From: a virus
Lineage: Duplodnaviria > Caudoviricetes
IMG/VR virus record: IMGVR_UViG_3300048558_000003
Location: 1 to 50,873 of that record
Reading direction: 5' to 3' (one strand)
DNA: 50,873 bases
Below, in pieces: positions 1 through 8,440 of the stretch (position 1 is the first letter of the stretch; every line of letters starts with the position of its first letter). A program made the translations under genes and the position numbers. Below the pieces are notes generated by a model, which ran no database searches, was not told the DNA's origin, and saw only the letters and a list, made by a program, of their open reading frames with translations.

Positions 1-121
1 TTAGTGTACGAATGAGGGGCATTCGGAATATCAGCATGATGGGATGCTAGGCATAATGCTATGCTTACGAATATCAGTAGCGCCCAGGCGGGCACAAGTG
101 CATTCGGAATATCGGAAGGGG
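1..121 (+). repeat. Left arm of perfect 121-bp inverted repeat (partner 2010-2130)
   Basis: 1-121 is the exact reverse complement of 2010-2130; the match stops at 122/2009. The arm may be truncated by the window start. Confidence 0.97.
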
Positions 122-281
122 GCATTAGGGTAATCAGTAATTCGGTTTATCCCTCTCTTGTCTTACGAAAGACAGCAAATGAGAACGAAAGGTGAATCAT
201 ATGTTATCGTTCACTAGGCGTTCTCTTTCCTGCGACATGCTGTCACAGTGACAATGTAAGGGAAATAGGCGACAACTTCAT

Positions 282-310
282 TTGGTTTAAGTCTTGTTCC
301 GGTTTATACT
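282..310 (+). promoter_or_regulatory. Putative sigma70 promoter
   Basis: TTGGTT(282-287)-N17-TATACT(305-310), upstream of boxA and the structured leader. Confidence 0.55.
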
Positions 311-375
311 GTTTCAGTAAATCGGAATTCGGTTAATAGGAAGCACGGCACTTGTGCAACGCCTTCCTAACCTCT

Positions 376-388
376 GGCTCTTTGACAA
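376..388 (+). promoter_or_regulatory. boxA-like Nus antitermination site
   Basis: GGCTCTTTGACAA, close to the rrn/lambda boxA consensus GCTCTTTAACA; preceded by a hairpin (TAGGAAG..CTTCCTA, 337-369). Confidence 0.7.
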
Positions 389-394
389 GTGAAT

Positions 395-785
395 AACTGG
401 CAACGTAGCTTTCACCTATCCCGCCGAGGGAAAGGGCTAGGCTATGTTTAAAGACGTTCATAATAAACTACGTCAGGCATATGACGCTTGCGCCATAGGC
501 GATAAGTGTCACGCTCTAATGTTGATCTATGAAGCGCTAGAGATAGCGCGACTAACTGACAATCGAGTATTGCGCGCGCATATCGTGCAATGTTCGGAGC
601 GTGTGAAGGCAATCTAACTAACGTCAACTCTAACATGCGGGATAGATGCAAGCTTCGTTGCTGGAAAGCTAACCAACCGCCAACCGATATGACAGGTTGC
701 GGCGTTAGTTCCTACCGTTCCAAGATGCACGTTCATTCAATACTGATAATCAGCATTGGCGTGCATCTATAACGGTAAGGAGAAT
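395..785 (+). ncRNA. Structured 5' leader / cis-regulatory RNA
   Basis: No credible ORF; several hairpins (e.g. 669-708); a long stem 709-782 covers the SD of ORF 790. Confidence 0.55.
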
Positions 786-789
786 ACAA

Positions 790-1944
790 ATGGCTATCAA
801 TGCAACTCCGCGCATTCGTGACGCTGCTTTCCGCTTTGCGAAGATCATTCGCGAGGATGAACAGTTCATGGAAGATGTTACTAATAACATCATCGCGATT
901 GAAACGGGCAAGCGTAGTTCAATGACGCTTCTTTGGGACTTGAAGCATATCAAGGATATCGACACTTCCGCCTTTCCGAAAGTCGGCTCGGTTGAGCCAA
1001 AGGCGAAAGCTGATGTCAATATCTTGTATGACTGGTATCAGACTAGCGACAAGAAAGACGGTCGTTTCTATTACGATTTGTGCGAGGCACTTGATCCGGA
1101 CTTGTTCGCTCTTAATCGAGCGTTCACGGAATACAATCGCAGTAAGACTGATAACAAGGATGAACTAGCAAAGACTATCCCGAGCACCCGCTCTGAAAAT
1201 TTCTTCCGTTCATTCCAACATGCAACGGAAGATTTGGCAGCGATCACCAAGAAATATAATCGCCGCTGGTCTAGCTTCACTGACATGATTATCAAGGCGG
1301 CTGCGACGGAGCAGATTGTTGCTAGGTTGAATACCGAAACAACGAAATGCTTCATTCGTGAAAAGAAGGACAAAGACGGAAAGGTGATAGGTTACGACGA
1401 AAGCCCGTCTCCAATCTCGTTTAGCAATCAACCGGCAATGGTTAAGGACCCTGATAACGTAGCGTTCAAGTCCGTTATCTGGTCCGTCGGAACGCTTAAC
1501 ATTCTTGAGCGTGAAGTACGGAATGAGAAAGGCGAGGGAACGGGCTTCACGCAACTAGACGTTCTCTTTAACAAGGGTGAAGTTACCTTTGAGACTGTCA
1601 CGGGCTTGCTTAAGAGGCAGGCCCCAGAGAAAGAGAAGGTTGACCGCGCGTCAGTCCTCAAATCTCTTAAGGCTGAAAAGCCTGAGGAGGTTGAGACTGT
1701 GTTGAATGTGCTGGCAGGGTATTTCTTGGATTTCAAATCGGATGGCTCGATATCTGTTATCGAACGTGTTGAAACGAAATTCTTAGATTACCTGAAGCCT
1801 GCCACTCACGACGAAACCGTGGTGGTAGCGACTAAGCTTGCGGAAGTGTTTGACAGTATCGCAAGCAAGCTTGACGGGCGGTATGTTCGCATTCGTCCGC
1901 AGGGTGACGCTGCTACGCCTGGGCCTGAGGAGAAGGCAGCCTAA
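790..1944 (+). CDS. Hypothetical protein, 384 aa (sole gene of the IR-flanked cassette)
   Basis: Long ORF with strong SD TAAGGAGA, followed by an intrinsic terminator; no family recognised. Confidence 0.9.
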   Translation: MAINATPRIRDAAFRFAKIIREDEQFMEDVTNNIIAIETGKRSSMTLLWDLKHIKDIDTSAFPKVGSVEPKAKADVNILYDWYQTSDKKDGRFYYDLCEALDPDLFALNRAFTEYNRSKTDNKDELAKTIPSTRSENFFRSFQHATEDLAAITKKYNRRWSSFTDMIIKAAATEQIVARLNTETTKCFIREKKDKDGKVIGYDESPSPISFSNQPAMVKDPDNVAFKSVIWSVGTLNILEREVRNEKGEGTGFTQLDVLFNKGEVTFETVTGLLKRQAPEKEKVDRASVLKSLKAEKPEEVETVLNVLAGYFLDFKSDGSISVIERVETKFLDYLKPATHDETVVVATKLAEVFDSIASKLDGRYVRIRPQGDAATPGPEEKAA

Positions 1945-1960
1945 CGAGTAACGACTAATC

Positions 1961-1999
1961 AAACCCCAGTGGCTTAACCGCTACTGGGGTTTTTCTTTT
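1961..1999 (+). terminator. Rho-independent terminator
   Basis: AAACCCCAGTGGC-TTAACC-GCTACTGGGGTTT followed by a T-tract. Confidence 0.9.
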
Positions 2000-2009
2000 G
2001 CCCGCCTAG

Positions 2010-2130
2010 CCCCTTCCGATATTCCGAATGCACTTGTGCCCGCCTGGGCGCTACTGATATTCGTAAGCATAGCATTATGCCTAGCATCCCATCATGCTGA
2101 TATTCCGAATGCCCCTCATTCGTACACTAA
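2010..2130 (-). repeat. Right arm of perfect 121-bp inverted repeat
   Basis: Reverse complement of 1-121. Confidence 0.97.
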
Positions 2131-2730
2131 TGATGCTGCTAATCCGAACTGCCATCGTGCTACTGATTATCATCATGCACCCGCATCTAATCACTTCAAG
2201 CTTAAAACATTCTCAGGCTAGTCTATTCATCCGCCTGGGTCCCCCCTATGTGTGGGGGTGGGGGTGGGCCATAGGCTGCAGAAGTCACCTCATATATATC
2301 GTACAAAAATTATGAAAAACCAAAGTTGTATTCTAGTGGAGAATAAGCTAGGATACAGAAGTCACTCATATGTCAATAGATACCCTCTATGTACATTAGA
2401 TGCCACTATATACTGTATTCACCACCATTACAACCCTAATAATTCCTCCCTCCTCTATGTCTACTGGAAGTAATTAGGCTATCCAGAAGTACCTTATTGA
2501 CCCCCATGATGATAGGTTTTTACGAGCGCAGCGAGTATATCAGAAGCTGTAGATACCATACGGTGGGTGGTGTTGTGGGGGAGGGATGCAGAAGCTACCC
2601 ATACCCCTCTTTTAGATAGGCCCTAGGATTCAATTAGAAGCCCACTGGTGCGTTCTACAAGCTTTTGGCTACTAGGGTAGCTGAAAGTTGAATAAGCTCT
2701 CCACGGCCTTCCCTAGCCTTTTAAGGCCCT
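2131..2730. other. Non-coding control region (candidate origin / packaging-terminus region)
   Basis: No credible ORFs; G-run 2254-2268, five CAGAAG-centred repeats, CGAGCGCAGCGAGT motif. Confidence 0.45.
2620..2727. repeat. ~100-bp quasi-symmetric dispersed element, copy 1
   Basis: TAGAAGCCCACTGGTGCGTT..GCTACTAGGGTAGC..CCACGGCCTTC; related to copies at ~11900 and ~43400. Confidence 0.75.
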
Positions 2731-2737
2731 ACTCCAT

Positions 2738-2766
2738 TTGACTCAAGGACTTCCTCATGAGATAAT
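2738..2766 (+). promoter_or_regulatory. sigma70 early promoter
   Basis: TTGACT-N17-GATAAT upstream of the first early gene. Confidence 0.8.
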
Positions 2767-2829
2767 ACTTGAAGCTGGAAAAAGAAATGTTTCTTATTCA
2801 GCGGTTAACTGGAGAAGGGAGTTACCCAT

Positions 2830-3117
2830 ATGGAGAAACCTAAGGACATTCTAGCGGTGAACATGACCGGCCAGCCCATGAACCCTGAGGATTGGAAGAA
2901 GGGTACTAAGGCTATGGTCATAGGTGTAGCCTCATTCGTGGGGAATTACACTCAAAGTACCACGTGTGTCTCCAATACACATGATGGTGTCTACTTGATT
3001 GATTACGTGTTGGGTGGTCGCATCCAACCAACCATTCGCGTCGAGGGGAACAAGGTCATCATCCCTCGGGGTACAGACTTGGAACTCTCCCTGAGACTGC
3101 TTGAGGAGGGATTCTGA
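2830..3117 (+). CDS. Hypothetical early protein
   Basis: ORF with GGGAG SD. Confidence 0.75.
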   Translation: MEKPKDILAVNMTGQPMNPEDWKKGTKAMVIGVASFVGNYTQSTTCVSNTHDGVYLIDYVLGGRIQPTIRVEGNKVIIPRGTDLELSLRLLEEGF

Positions 3118-3119
3118 AC

Positions 3120-3344
3120 ATGATGGCATTCGTCGATTGGATTAATCCCAAGTGCCGTAGTTCCAGAGGTAGCTTCTACTTCTGCTGGTATGAAACCGTA
3201 GGCGGTAAGGTTTCATGCCAGACCTATGATGCCACTGTAATCTCCCCCAAGAGCTTGCAGAAGCATCAGATAACCGCCGCAGAAGCCAACCTTCCCTTGG
3301 TTGAGTTGGCTAAGATTTATCCGTACATAGGAGGGGAGGAGTGA
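3120..3344 (+). CDS. Hypothetical early protein
   Basis: ORF with GGAGG SD, tightly packed. Confidence 0.7.
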   Translation: MMAFVDWINPKCRSSRGSFYFCWYETVGGKVSCQTYDATVISPKSLQKHQITAAEANLPLVELAKIYPYIGGEE

Positions 3345-3432
3345 CGGAAATATTCATCAATCTCATGACAATATGGGCAATCGTAGTCATTGTGTGGATT
3401 GTCTATCGTTGTTTCTTGGAAGGAAGGTAACT

Positions 3433-3681
3433 ATGAAAAAGGTAAAACCTTTTAAGGGTTACATTCAAGATTGGAAATGGGTACACTTTCCGGATGGAAA
3501 GGTTGTGCAAGGAATGCCTATAGGACACCCTGACTTTTCAGGATGGATTAGGACTTCTAAGGTTGTGAAGGAAACTCCGTGTGAGAACGGGGTGGATACC
3601 GCAATCGAAACCCTGAACAGCCGGTATATCTTAATGGGCATGCCTATCCGGTTAACGCATACAAACTTGGAGACCTACTAG
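3433..3681 (+). CDS. Hypothetical early protein
   Basis: ATG 3433 after GGAAGG; RTS..ETLNSRY motif. Confidence 0.7.
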   Translation: MKKVKPFKGYIQDWKWVHFPDGKVVQGMPIGHPDFSGWIRTSKVVKETPCENGVDTAIETLNSRYILMGMPIRLTHTNLETY

Positions 3682-3683
3682 AT

Positions 3684-4079
3684 ATGGGCGACGTAACTGG
3701 ACCAATTTCAACGCTTCCCGGCCGCCGGCACGAATTGCCGGAAGGCACGATGTGCGACGTACATCCTGACCGCGCTGCCGTTGTGCGCGTGCAGGGAGAG
3801 ACGGATTCATTCGGCTGCGAAATGAACGATTGCTGCCAAGAATGCTTCGACAAAATCCGCGAATATGAGCGGTCGGATGAGGCCCGCACCGGCAAATGCG
3901 ACTGGTGTAAGAAGGATGCGACCGATTTAGCTGACAAGCGGGACATCGACGAAGGCATGTGCGGCCCTGTCTATCGGGTCTGCGGCGCCTGCCGTAAGCG
4001 ATACGACGACGAAATTCAAAAAGAGTTGGATTACTATGACAACGGCTATGACGATTGCGTCGAGGATGATCGGCCATGA
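3684..4079 (+). CDS. Cys-rich putative Zn-binding protein
   Basis: CxxH and three CxxC motifs; visibly higher GC than neighbouring genes. Confidence 0.75.
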   Translation: MGDVTGPISTLPGRRHELPEGTMCDVHPDRAAVVRVQGETDSFGCEMNDCCQECFDKIREYERSDEARTGKCDWCKKDATDLADKRDIDEGMCGPVYRVCGACRKRYDDEIQKELDYYDNGYDDCVEDDRP

Positions 4080-4157
4080 GCATCCAGCGATCGAACACAA
4101 GATGTAGGGCTGTATGTCTTAACCGGATAAGCATGTTAATGGGTAAAGGGGATATGT

Positions 4158-4403
4158 GTGGCGACATATCTAGCACTCTGTAGATGCGGTCAACGTGTCT
4201 ATACAATTCAGGACTTCAATACCCACTCTATGTCTCCCTCAAGTAATCATAGTTGGGTGGATGTTCCCGATACACTAATGGTTCACTATCCCAAGGGATG
4301 GAAACCAACACCAAAGCGTAGGCGTATTAGGGTATGTAGAAGCTGTAGTGCACCTTACGATTGTAAGGCATTCAGAAGATGTACTAGGAGGGAAGGGCTA
4401 TGA
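4158..4403 (+). CDS. Hypothetical protein (Cys-rich, basic)
   Basis: ORF coupled to the next gene by ATGA overlap. Confidence 0.5.
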   Translation: MATYLALCRCGQRVYTIQDFNTHSMSPSSNHSWVDVPDTLMVHYPKGWKPTPKRRRIRVCRSCSAPYDCKAFRRCTRREGL

Positions 4404-4720
4404 TCTACGTAGAACGACGGACTCAAACTAAGGACGGTGAGGTAATCGTCCGTGATCCTGTACCTAGTGTACGGGAAGCGTTGATAAAAATTTATGGGTT
4501 GATGTGCGATGGTTTCTACAACGCACGCAATCAGCACAGTCAGATCGTCTGTGCCCAAGAAGGTACTCTCTACCCACCAATCGTTAACCCTGCGTCGATG
4601 ATGTATCCCGCAGGGCTGTTCTTCTCCAATGATCTAGGTGGTCACACCCTAGTATGTTGGAATGAATATACCCATGACATGCCTGTGGGTGTGAGTGTCA
4701 AGAGAGGTGTCTCGCGATGA
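4400..4720 (+). CDS. Hypothetical protein
   Basis: SD GGAGGG, ATGA overlaps. Confidence 0.7.
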   Translation: MIYVERRTQTKDGEVIVRDPVPSVREALIKIYGLMCDGFYNARNQHSQIVCAQEGTLYPPIVNPASMMYPAGLFFSNDLGGHTLVCWNEYTHDMPVGVSVKRGVSR

Positions 4721-5007
4721 CTTTGGATTCGTTCCTGTTCCAATTCATAGGTACTGCTTTTATAGCAGTAGGCCTAATCTCAATAGGTGTAGGAGCTACC
4801 ATGATGAATTGCAAGAAGGTCACCTACGCAGGCAGAATGGTAGGCGTACAGAGTGATTCAGAAGCCTATTTGGAGTACCCATCTAAGGCCGTAGACTTCT
4901 ACCAAAATCTAGGTTGGGTAGTCGTCTCAGTGGAGTGGTGCGGTTATGGTCCCTACCAAAAATGTTATGCACGGCTGGTAGCCCCGAAATCCGAGAAGAA
5001 GGAGTAA
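4717..5007 (+). CDS. Hypothetical membrane protein
   Basis: N-terminal hydrophobic helix; SD GAGGT. Confidence 0.7.
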   Translation: MTLDSFLFQFIGTAFIAVGLISIGVGATMMNCKKVTYAGRMVGVQSDSEAYLEYPSKAVDFYQNLGWVVVSVEWCGYGPYQKCYARLVAPKSEKKE

Positions 5008-5023
5008 TAAGCTCTACCTTCAG

Positions 5024-5052
5024 TTGACTTAAGCGTTGTGTTGGCGTAATAT
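5024..5052 (+). promoter_or_regulatory. sigma70 promoter
   Basis: TTGACT-N17-TAATAT. Confidence 0.6.
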
Positions 5053-5083
5053 ATTAGGAATGGGAAAGCTATGGAGGGATTAA

Positions 5084-5563
5084 ATGAAGCGTCAAAAACG
5101 TATGAAGAAACACCACCTTAAACGGTGGAGTTCTTCCATCGTCAATGGGTATTACGGCGCTAAGAAGTACGAGATTGCAGACGCAATGCGTAGCTCAGGC
5201 TATAGAGAGTGTGCCAAATCTCTCGCCGTACACAATACCGATAAGTTCATATCTCTATTCATCACTAAGCCTCGTCAGCAATCCATAGACAGGGCTAAGA
5301 TCGAAGTGTTTAAGAACCGTCTGGAAGAGTTTGTTAGTATCTCCCAGATGGAACGTCAGATTGTCTTGCGTAATACCGTCGAAGAGCATTTGTCTCTTGT
5401 GTACGGACATACTGGATGTATTCTGGTACAGTCTGATAACAACGGTACCATCAAGCGATCCGTACTGTACCCCAGTAGCGTAGTAGCTATTGATCGCGTT
5501 AAAGATCACAGAATTATTTGGGTGGAAACAATCCACGCAACACCTCCTCCTGCTTGCACGTAG
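5084..5563 (+). CDS. Hypothetical protein
   Basis: SD GGAGGG; followed by a terminator. Confidence 0.8.
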   Translation: MKRQKRMKKHHLKRWSSSIVNGYYGAKKYEIADAMRSSGYRECAKSLAVHNTDKFISLFITKPRQQSIDRAKIEVFKNRLEEFVSISQMERQIVLRNTVEEHLSLVYGHTGCILVQSDNNGTIKRSVLYPSSVVAIDRVKDHRIIWVETIHATPPPACT

Positions 5564-5595
5564 TGCCCTCCCTTAGCCCCGCTACGTGTATAGAG

Positions 5596-5631
5596 AACCC
5601 CGGCAGCCTTAACTGGTTGTCGGGGGTTTTC
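5596..5631 (+). terminator. Intrinsic terminator-like hairpin
   Basis: CCCCGGCAGCC-TTAACT-GGTTGTCGGGG followed by GTTTT. Confidence 0.75.
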
Positions 5632-5656
5632 CTGTTGAGCGACGGAGGAATTCTTC

Positions 5657-6253
5657 ATGCAGGAGAAGGTAGCTATCTTCATTGATGCAGCTAATCTCAG
5701 TTACGTGTGTAAAGCCCTACAAGCTAATATCGACTTCAATAAATTTCTCCCCCACCTGCGTTCCGAGTATCAATGGGACATCGTGAACGCTTTCTTCTAC
5801 ACCGCCCTCGTCAAAGACGAGAAGAGCGGTTTCATCAGCCGTCACAACCAGATGGATTGGCTCAGATATCACGGCTTCACAACCAAGGTGAAGCAGGCCA
5901 AACAGTACACGCGTGCAGACGGTACAATCCGGACTAAAGGGAATATGGACATTGAGATAGCCGTAGGGATGATGCGCGCTGCTGAAAGCCGCAACATCCA
6001 ACGGCTCGTCCTCATGTCTGGTGACGGGGACTTCCGTGAGTTGATTGAGTACCTTCAGGAAACTAAAGGTATTCCGGTCACGGTCATGTCTACTAAACCT
6101 CTTGTCTCTAATGACCTTAGAGCAGTGTGCAATCAATACGTGGACATACGTTCCTTCATCCACCTCGTGGAAGAACGTAAGCAGCACGTGGAGGTTGTAA
6201 AGGCGAGTTCCATTGTAGATATGCTGCACTCTAAACGCAGGGGAGTTAAATGA
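5657..6253 (+). CDS. NYN-domain (LabA/DUF88, PIN-like) ribonuclease
   Basis: IFIDAAN, KGNMDIEIAV, SGDGDF and S..L...C..YVD motifs. Confidence 0.92.
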   Translation: MQEKVAIFIDAANLSYVCKALQANIDFNKFLPHLRSEYQWDIVNAFFYTALVKDEKSGFISRHNQMDWLRYHGFTTKVKQAKQYTRADGTIRTKGNMDIEIAVGMMRAAESRNIQRLVLMSGDGDFRELIEYLQETKGIPVTVMSTKPLVSNDLRAVCNQYVDIRSFIHLVEERKQHVEVVKASSIVDMLHSKRRGVK

Positions 6254-6735
6254 TCGAGGAGATTGATTGGAAGAACTGGTTCGACAAGTTCGATCACACG
6301 TTGATCGGTATGTTGTTCGGACTGGTTGTTGCGGTGTTGATCATAATGCTGTTCCACACCGTAGAGAAACTTACAGCATCTTGGAGGGGTGCGAGGAAAA
6401 TGCGCAGGGCAGAAGAAGAGCGAGTGAAGCGAGCCATCGCTACAATATTGGTAGATGGCTTCGATGAAGCATGTTTGAAAGACCCATCCGATCCGGACTA
6501 CATAGACCGTAAGACCGGGTGGGAATGGCTGCGTAGATTTGGCCATGTTCTGTCTATTAAAGACATTGTACCCAAGAATGAAGTAATGATGAAGGAGAGA
6601 CTTCAGGCTAAGTTTCTCCCTCCAGAGATCGCCGCTACGGCACCTAAAAACCTGTCATCAGGGGGTTCGGATGCGGCTAAGAATTCCATAGTCGAGCTTC
6701 TTGAGAGCATCAAAGCTCCACAGAAGGCCGCCTAG
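6250..6735 (+). CDS. Hypothetical membrane protein
   Basis: N-terminal TM helix LIGMLFGLVVAVLIIML. Confidence 0.8.
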   Translation: MIEEIDWKNWFDKFDHTLIGMLFGLVVAVLIIMLFHTVEKLTASWRGARKMRRAEEERVKRAIATILVDGFDEACLKDPSDPDYIDRKTGWEWLRRFGHVLSIKDIVPKNEVMMKERLQAKFLPPEIAATAPKNLSSGGSDAAKNSIVELLESIKAPQKAA

Positions 6736-6778
6736 GGAAACCACCGTCTATTAACATAGAAAGCAGGAGAACTAAACT

Positions 6779-8338
6779 ATGTATAACGGCGCAATTATTG
6801 CCATGAAGGCGAAGAACCAGATGATCCCGAATGCTTTTTGGGACAAGGTTCTCCCCGAATATGGCAAGGTATTGGGTGTGTCAGTGGTGGATGGCAAGAG
6901 CCTACTGGCTCTCCCCAATATCCCCAAGGGCAACATCAACAAGGATGCCTTGAACGGCTTGCAAGAGAAGTTCAAGTCCGCCTCAATCCTCTTCTTCTTG
7001 GGGGATTTCGAGGATGGTTTCCAGTCCTACAGCGTACAGCCCTTCACGGTGCTGTCCGATAAGGACAACAATCCCATTCTGTCTTGCTTCACAGAAGCTT
7101 CATTTAACAATTACAAGCAGGAGAAGGGTACTCACAGCCCTGCTTTCTACGCCTTCAACGAATTTATTATTGAGGAAATCAAGGATGCCTACGATAAGTG
7201 CAAGGGAGACCTTGACGCTCTCATGGGCATGCTCCGAGAGGACAAGCGACTGCGAACCAAGATGCAGGGTGTTCTGTCTCCCTCGGGAACTATGGTCTTC
7301 ATGGCTAATACCAGTGAGATCGTGAAGGTCTTTACTGGTGAGGACGGTCAACCGGAAGAGTTCTCCTTCGGTTGGGCTACTCAAAGCTGCGGCTACCGTG
7401 AGGACAAGGAAGAAGATGAGGAGAAGCTCGTCAAAGCCTTTTCAGGGGAAAAGGAAGAGAAAACCAAAGAGCCTTCTGTTATGGATAAGCTTTTTGGTGA
7501 TACCAAAGCTTCCGTTGAGCTGCCGCCTGCCATCCAAGAAGAAGAGGAGAAGCCGGAGGTTGAAGCTAAACCTGCGGAAGAAGAGCAGAAGCCTGAGGAA
7601 GAGTTTGAAGAAGTCAAGATAACCATTCCTGAGGCGATGAAGAGCAAGCAGCAGAAAAAGGACTGGTGGCGTGCTCAGCTCGGCTTCCTGCCGTCGAACT
7701 ATATTAAGCGCGAGACCTTCCTCGTGAAGCGGTATCCTAAGACGGGAGTACTGATCGGTGAAGACGACACCAAACTTGTCCACGGAAAGACATACAAGTC
7801 TTTCTATGACGCCGCTGTTGCTATGGCTAATAATCGTGGCGTTGGTAACGCTGGCAAGGATACTGCACCTCACCACATCCCCGCCACCGAAACTGCCGTC
7901 AAGCCCCCTGCAGTCGAGCCCAAGCAAGAAGAAGCTCCCGTCAAAGACCTTTCCAGCTCCATCAGCACCCTCTCAGCTGAGGATCGCAAGGCCATTGCCA
8001 AGGACTTCCTCGACAGCGCACCTGTGAAGAAGTCGTTGGATAACCACGCCAACGAGATCATGGACCCGGAGAAGATGAAGACCGAGTTGGCTAAGTACAA
8101 GACCTTCACCGAGGAAATGTCCATCAAGCTGACGGACACCTTCAAGTGGAATAAGGATGCTCTCAAGCATCTGGCTAAGGTTAATCTGGATGGGTTCATC
8201 CTTCTCTTCCTTGAGAACCAGATGGCCAATCCAGCATTCAAGAAATATCTTGCTGAGACCCGCAAGCCCGTAGACAAGCCCGCCGAAGCCCCCTCGGCAG
8301 AGCAGAAGCCGAAGCAACGAGTTCAGCTGCCGCTGTAA
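6779..8338 (+). CDS. Large protein with possible degenerate class-II glutamine amidotransferase (Ntn) N-domain and acidic linker
   Basis: N-terminus GAIIAMKAKNQMIP..LGVSVVDG and later VQPF echo phage GATase-II; no N-terminal Cys. Confidence 0.55.
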   Translation: MYNGAIIAMKAKNQMIPNAFWDKVLPEYGKVLGVSVVDGKSLLALPNIPKGNINKDALNGLQEKFKSASILFFLGDFEDGFQSYSVQPFTVLSDKDNNPILSCFTEASFNNYKQEKGTHSPAFYAFNEFIIEEIKDAYDKCKGDLDALMGMLREDKRLRTKMQGVLSPSGTMVFMANTSEIVKVFTGEDGQPEEFSFGWATQSCGYREDKEEDEEKLVKAFSGEKEEKTKEPSVMDKLFGDTKASVELPPAIQEEEEKPEVEAKPAEEEQKPEEEFEEVKITIPEAMKSKQQKKDWWRAQLGFLPSNYIKRETFLVKRYPKTGVLIGEDDTKLVHGKTYKSFYDAAVAMANNRGVGNAGKDTAPHHIPATETAVKPPAVEPKQEEAPVKDLSSSISTLSAEDRKAIAKDFLDSAPVKKSLDNHANEIMDPEKMKTELAKYKTFTEEMSIKLTDTFKWNKDALKHLAKVNLDGFILLFLENQMANPAFKKYLAETRKPVDKPAEAPSAEQKPKQRVQLPL

Positions 8339-8440
8339 AGCCCCTCCTCCCACGGCAGCTTAACTGAGGGAGGGAGAGTGTCGCCTTACCGTGCTCTCCC
8401 TCTCTCTTTCTTTCCAACCAACGCTTCGGAGACAACCCCC

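Noticed and set aside
1-2130. IS element or transposon bounded by inverted repeats
   Set aside because: The 384-aa ORF shows no DDE, HUH or recombinase motif that I recognise, and a target duplication cannot be assessed at the window edge
2036-2473. ORFs 2036-2221, 2094-2315 and 2252-2473
   Set aside because: They lie in the inverted repeat/control region, lack SDs and have low-complexity translations
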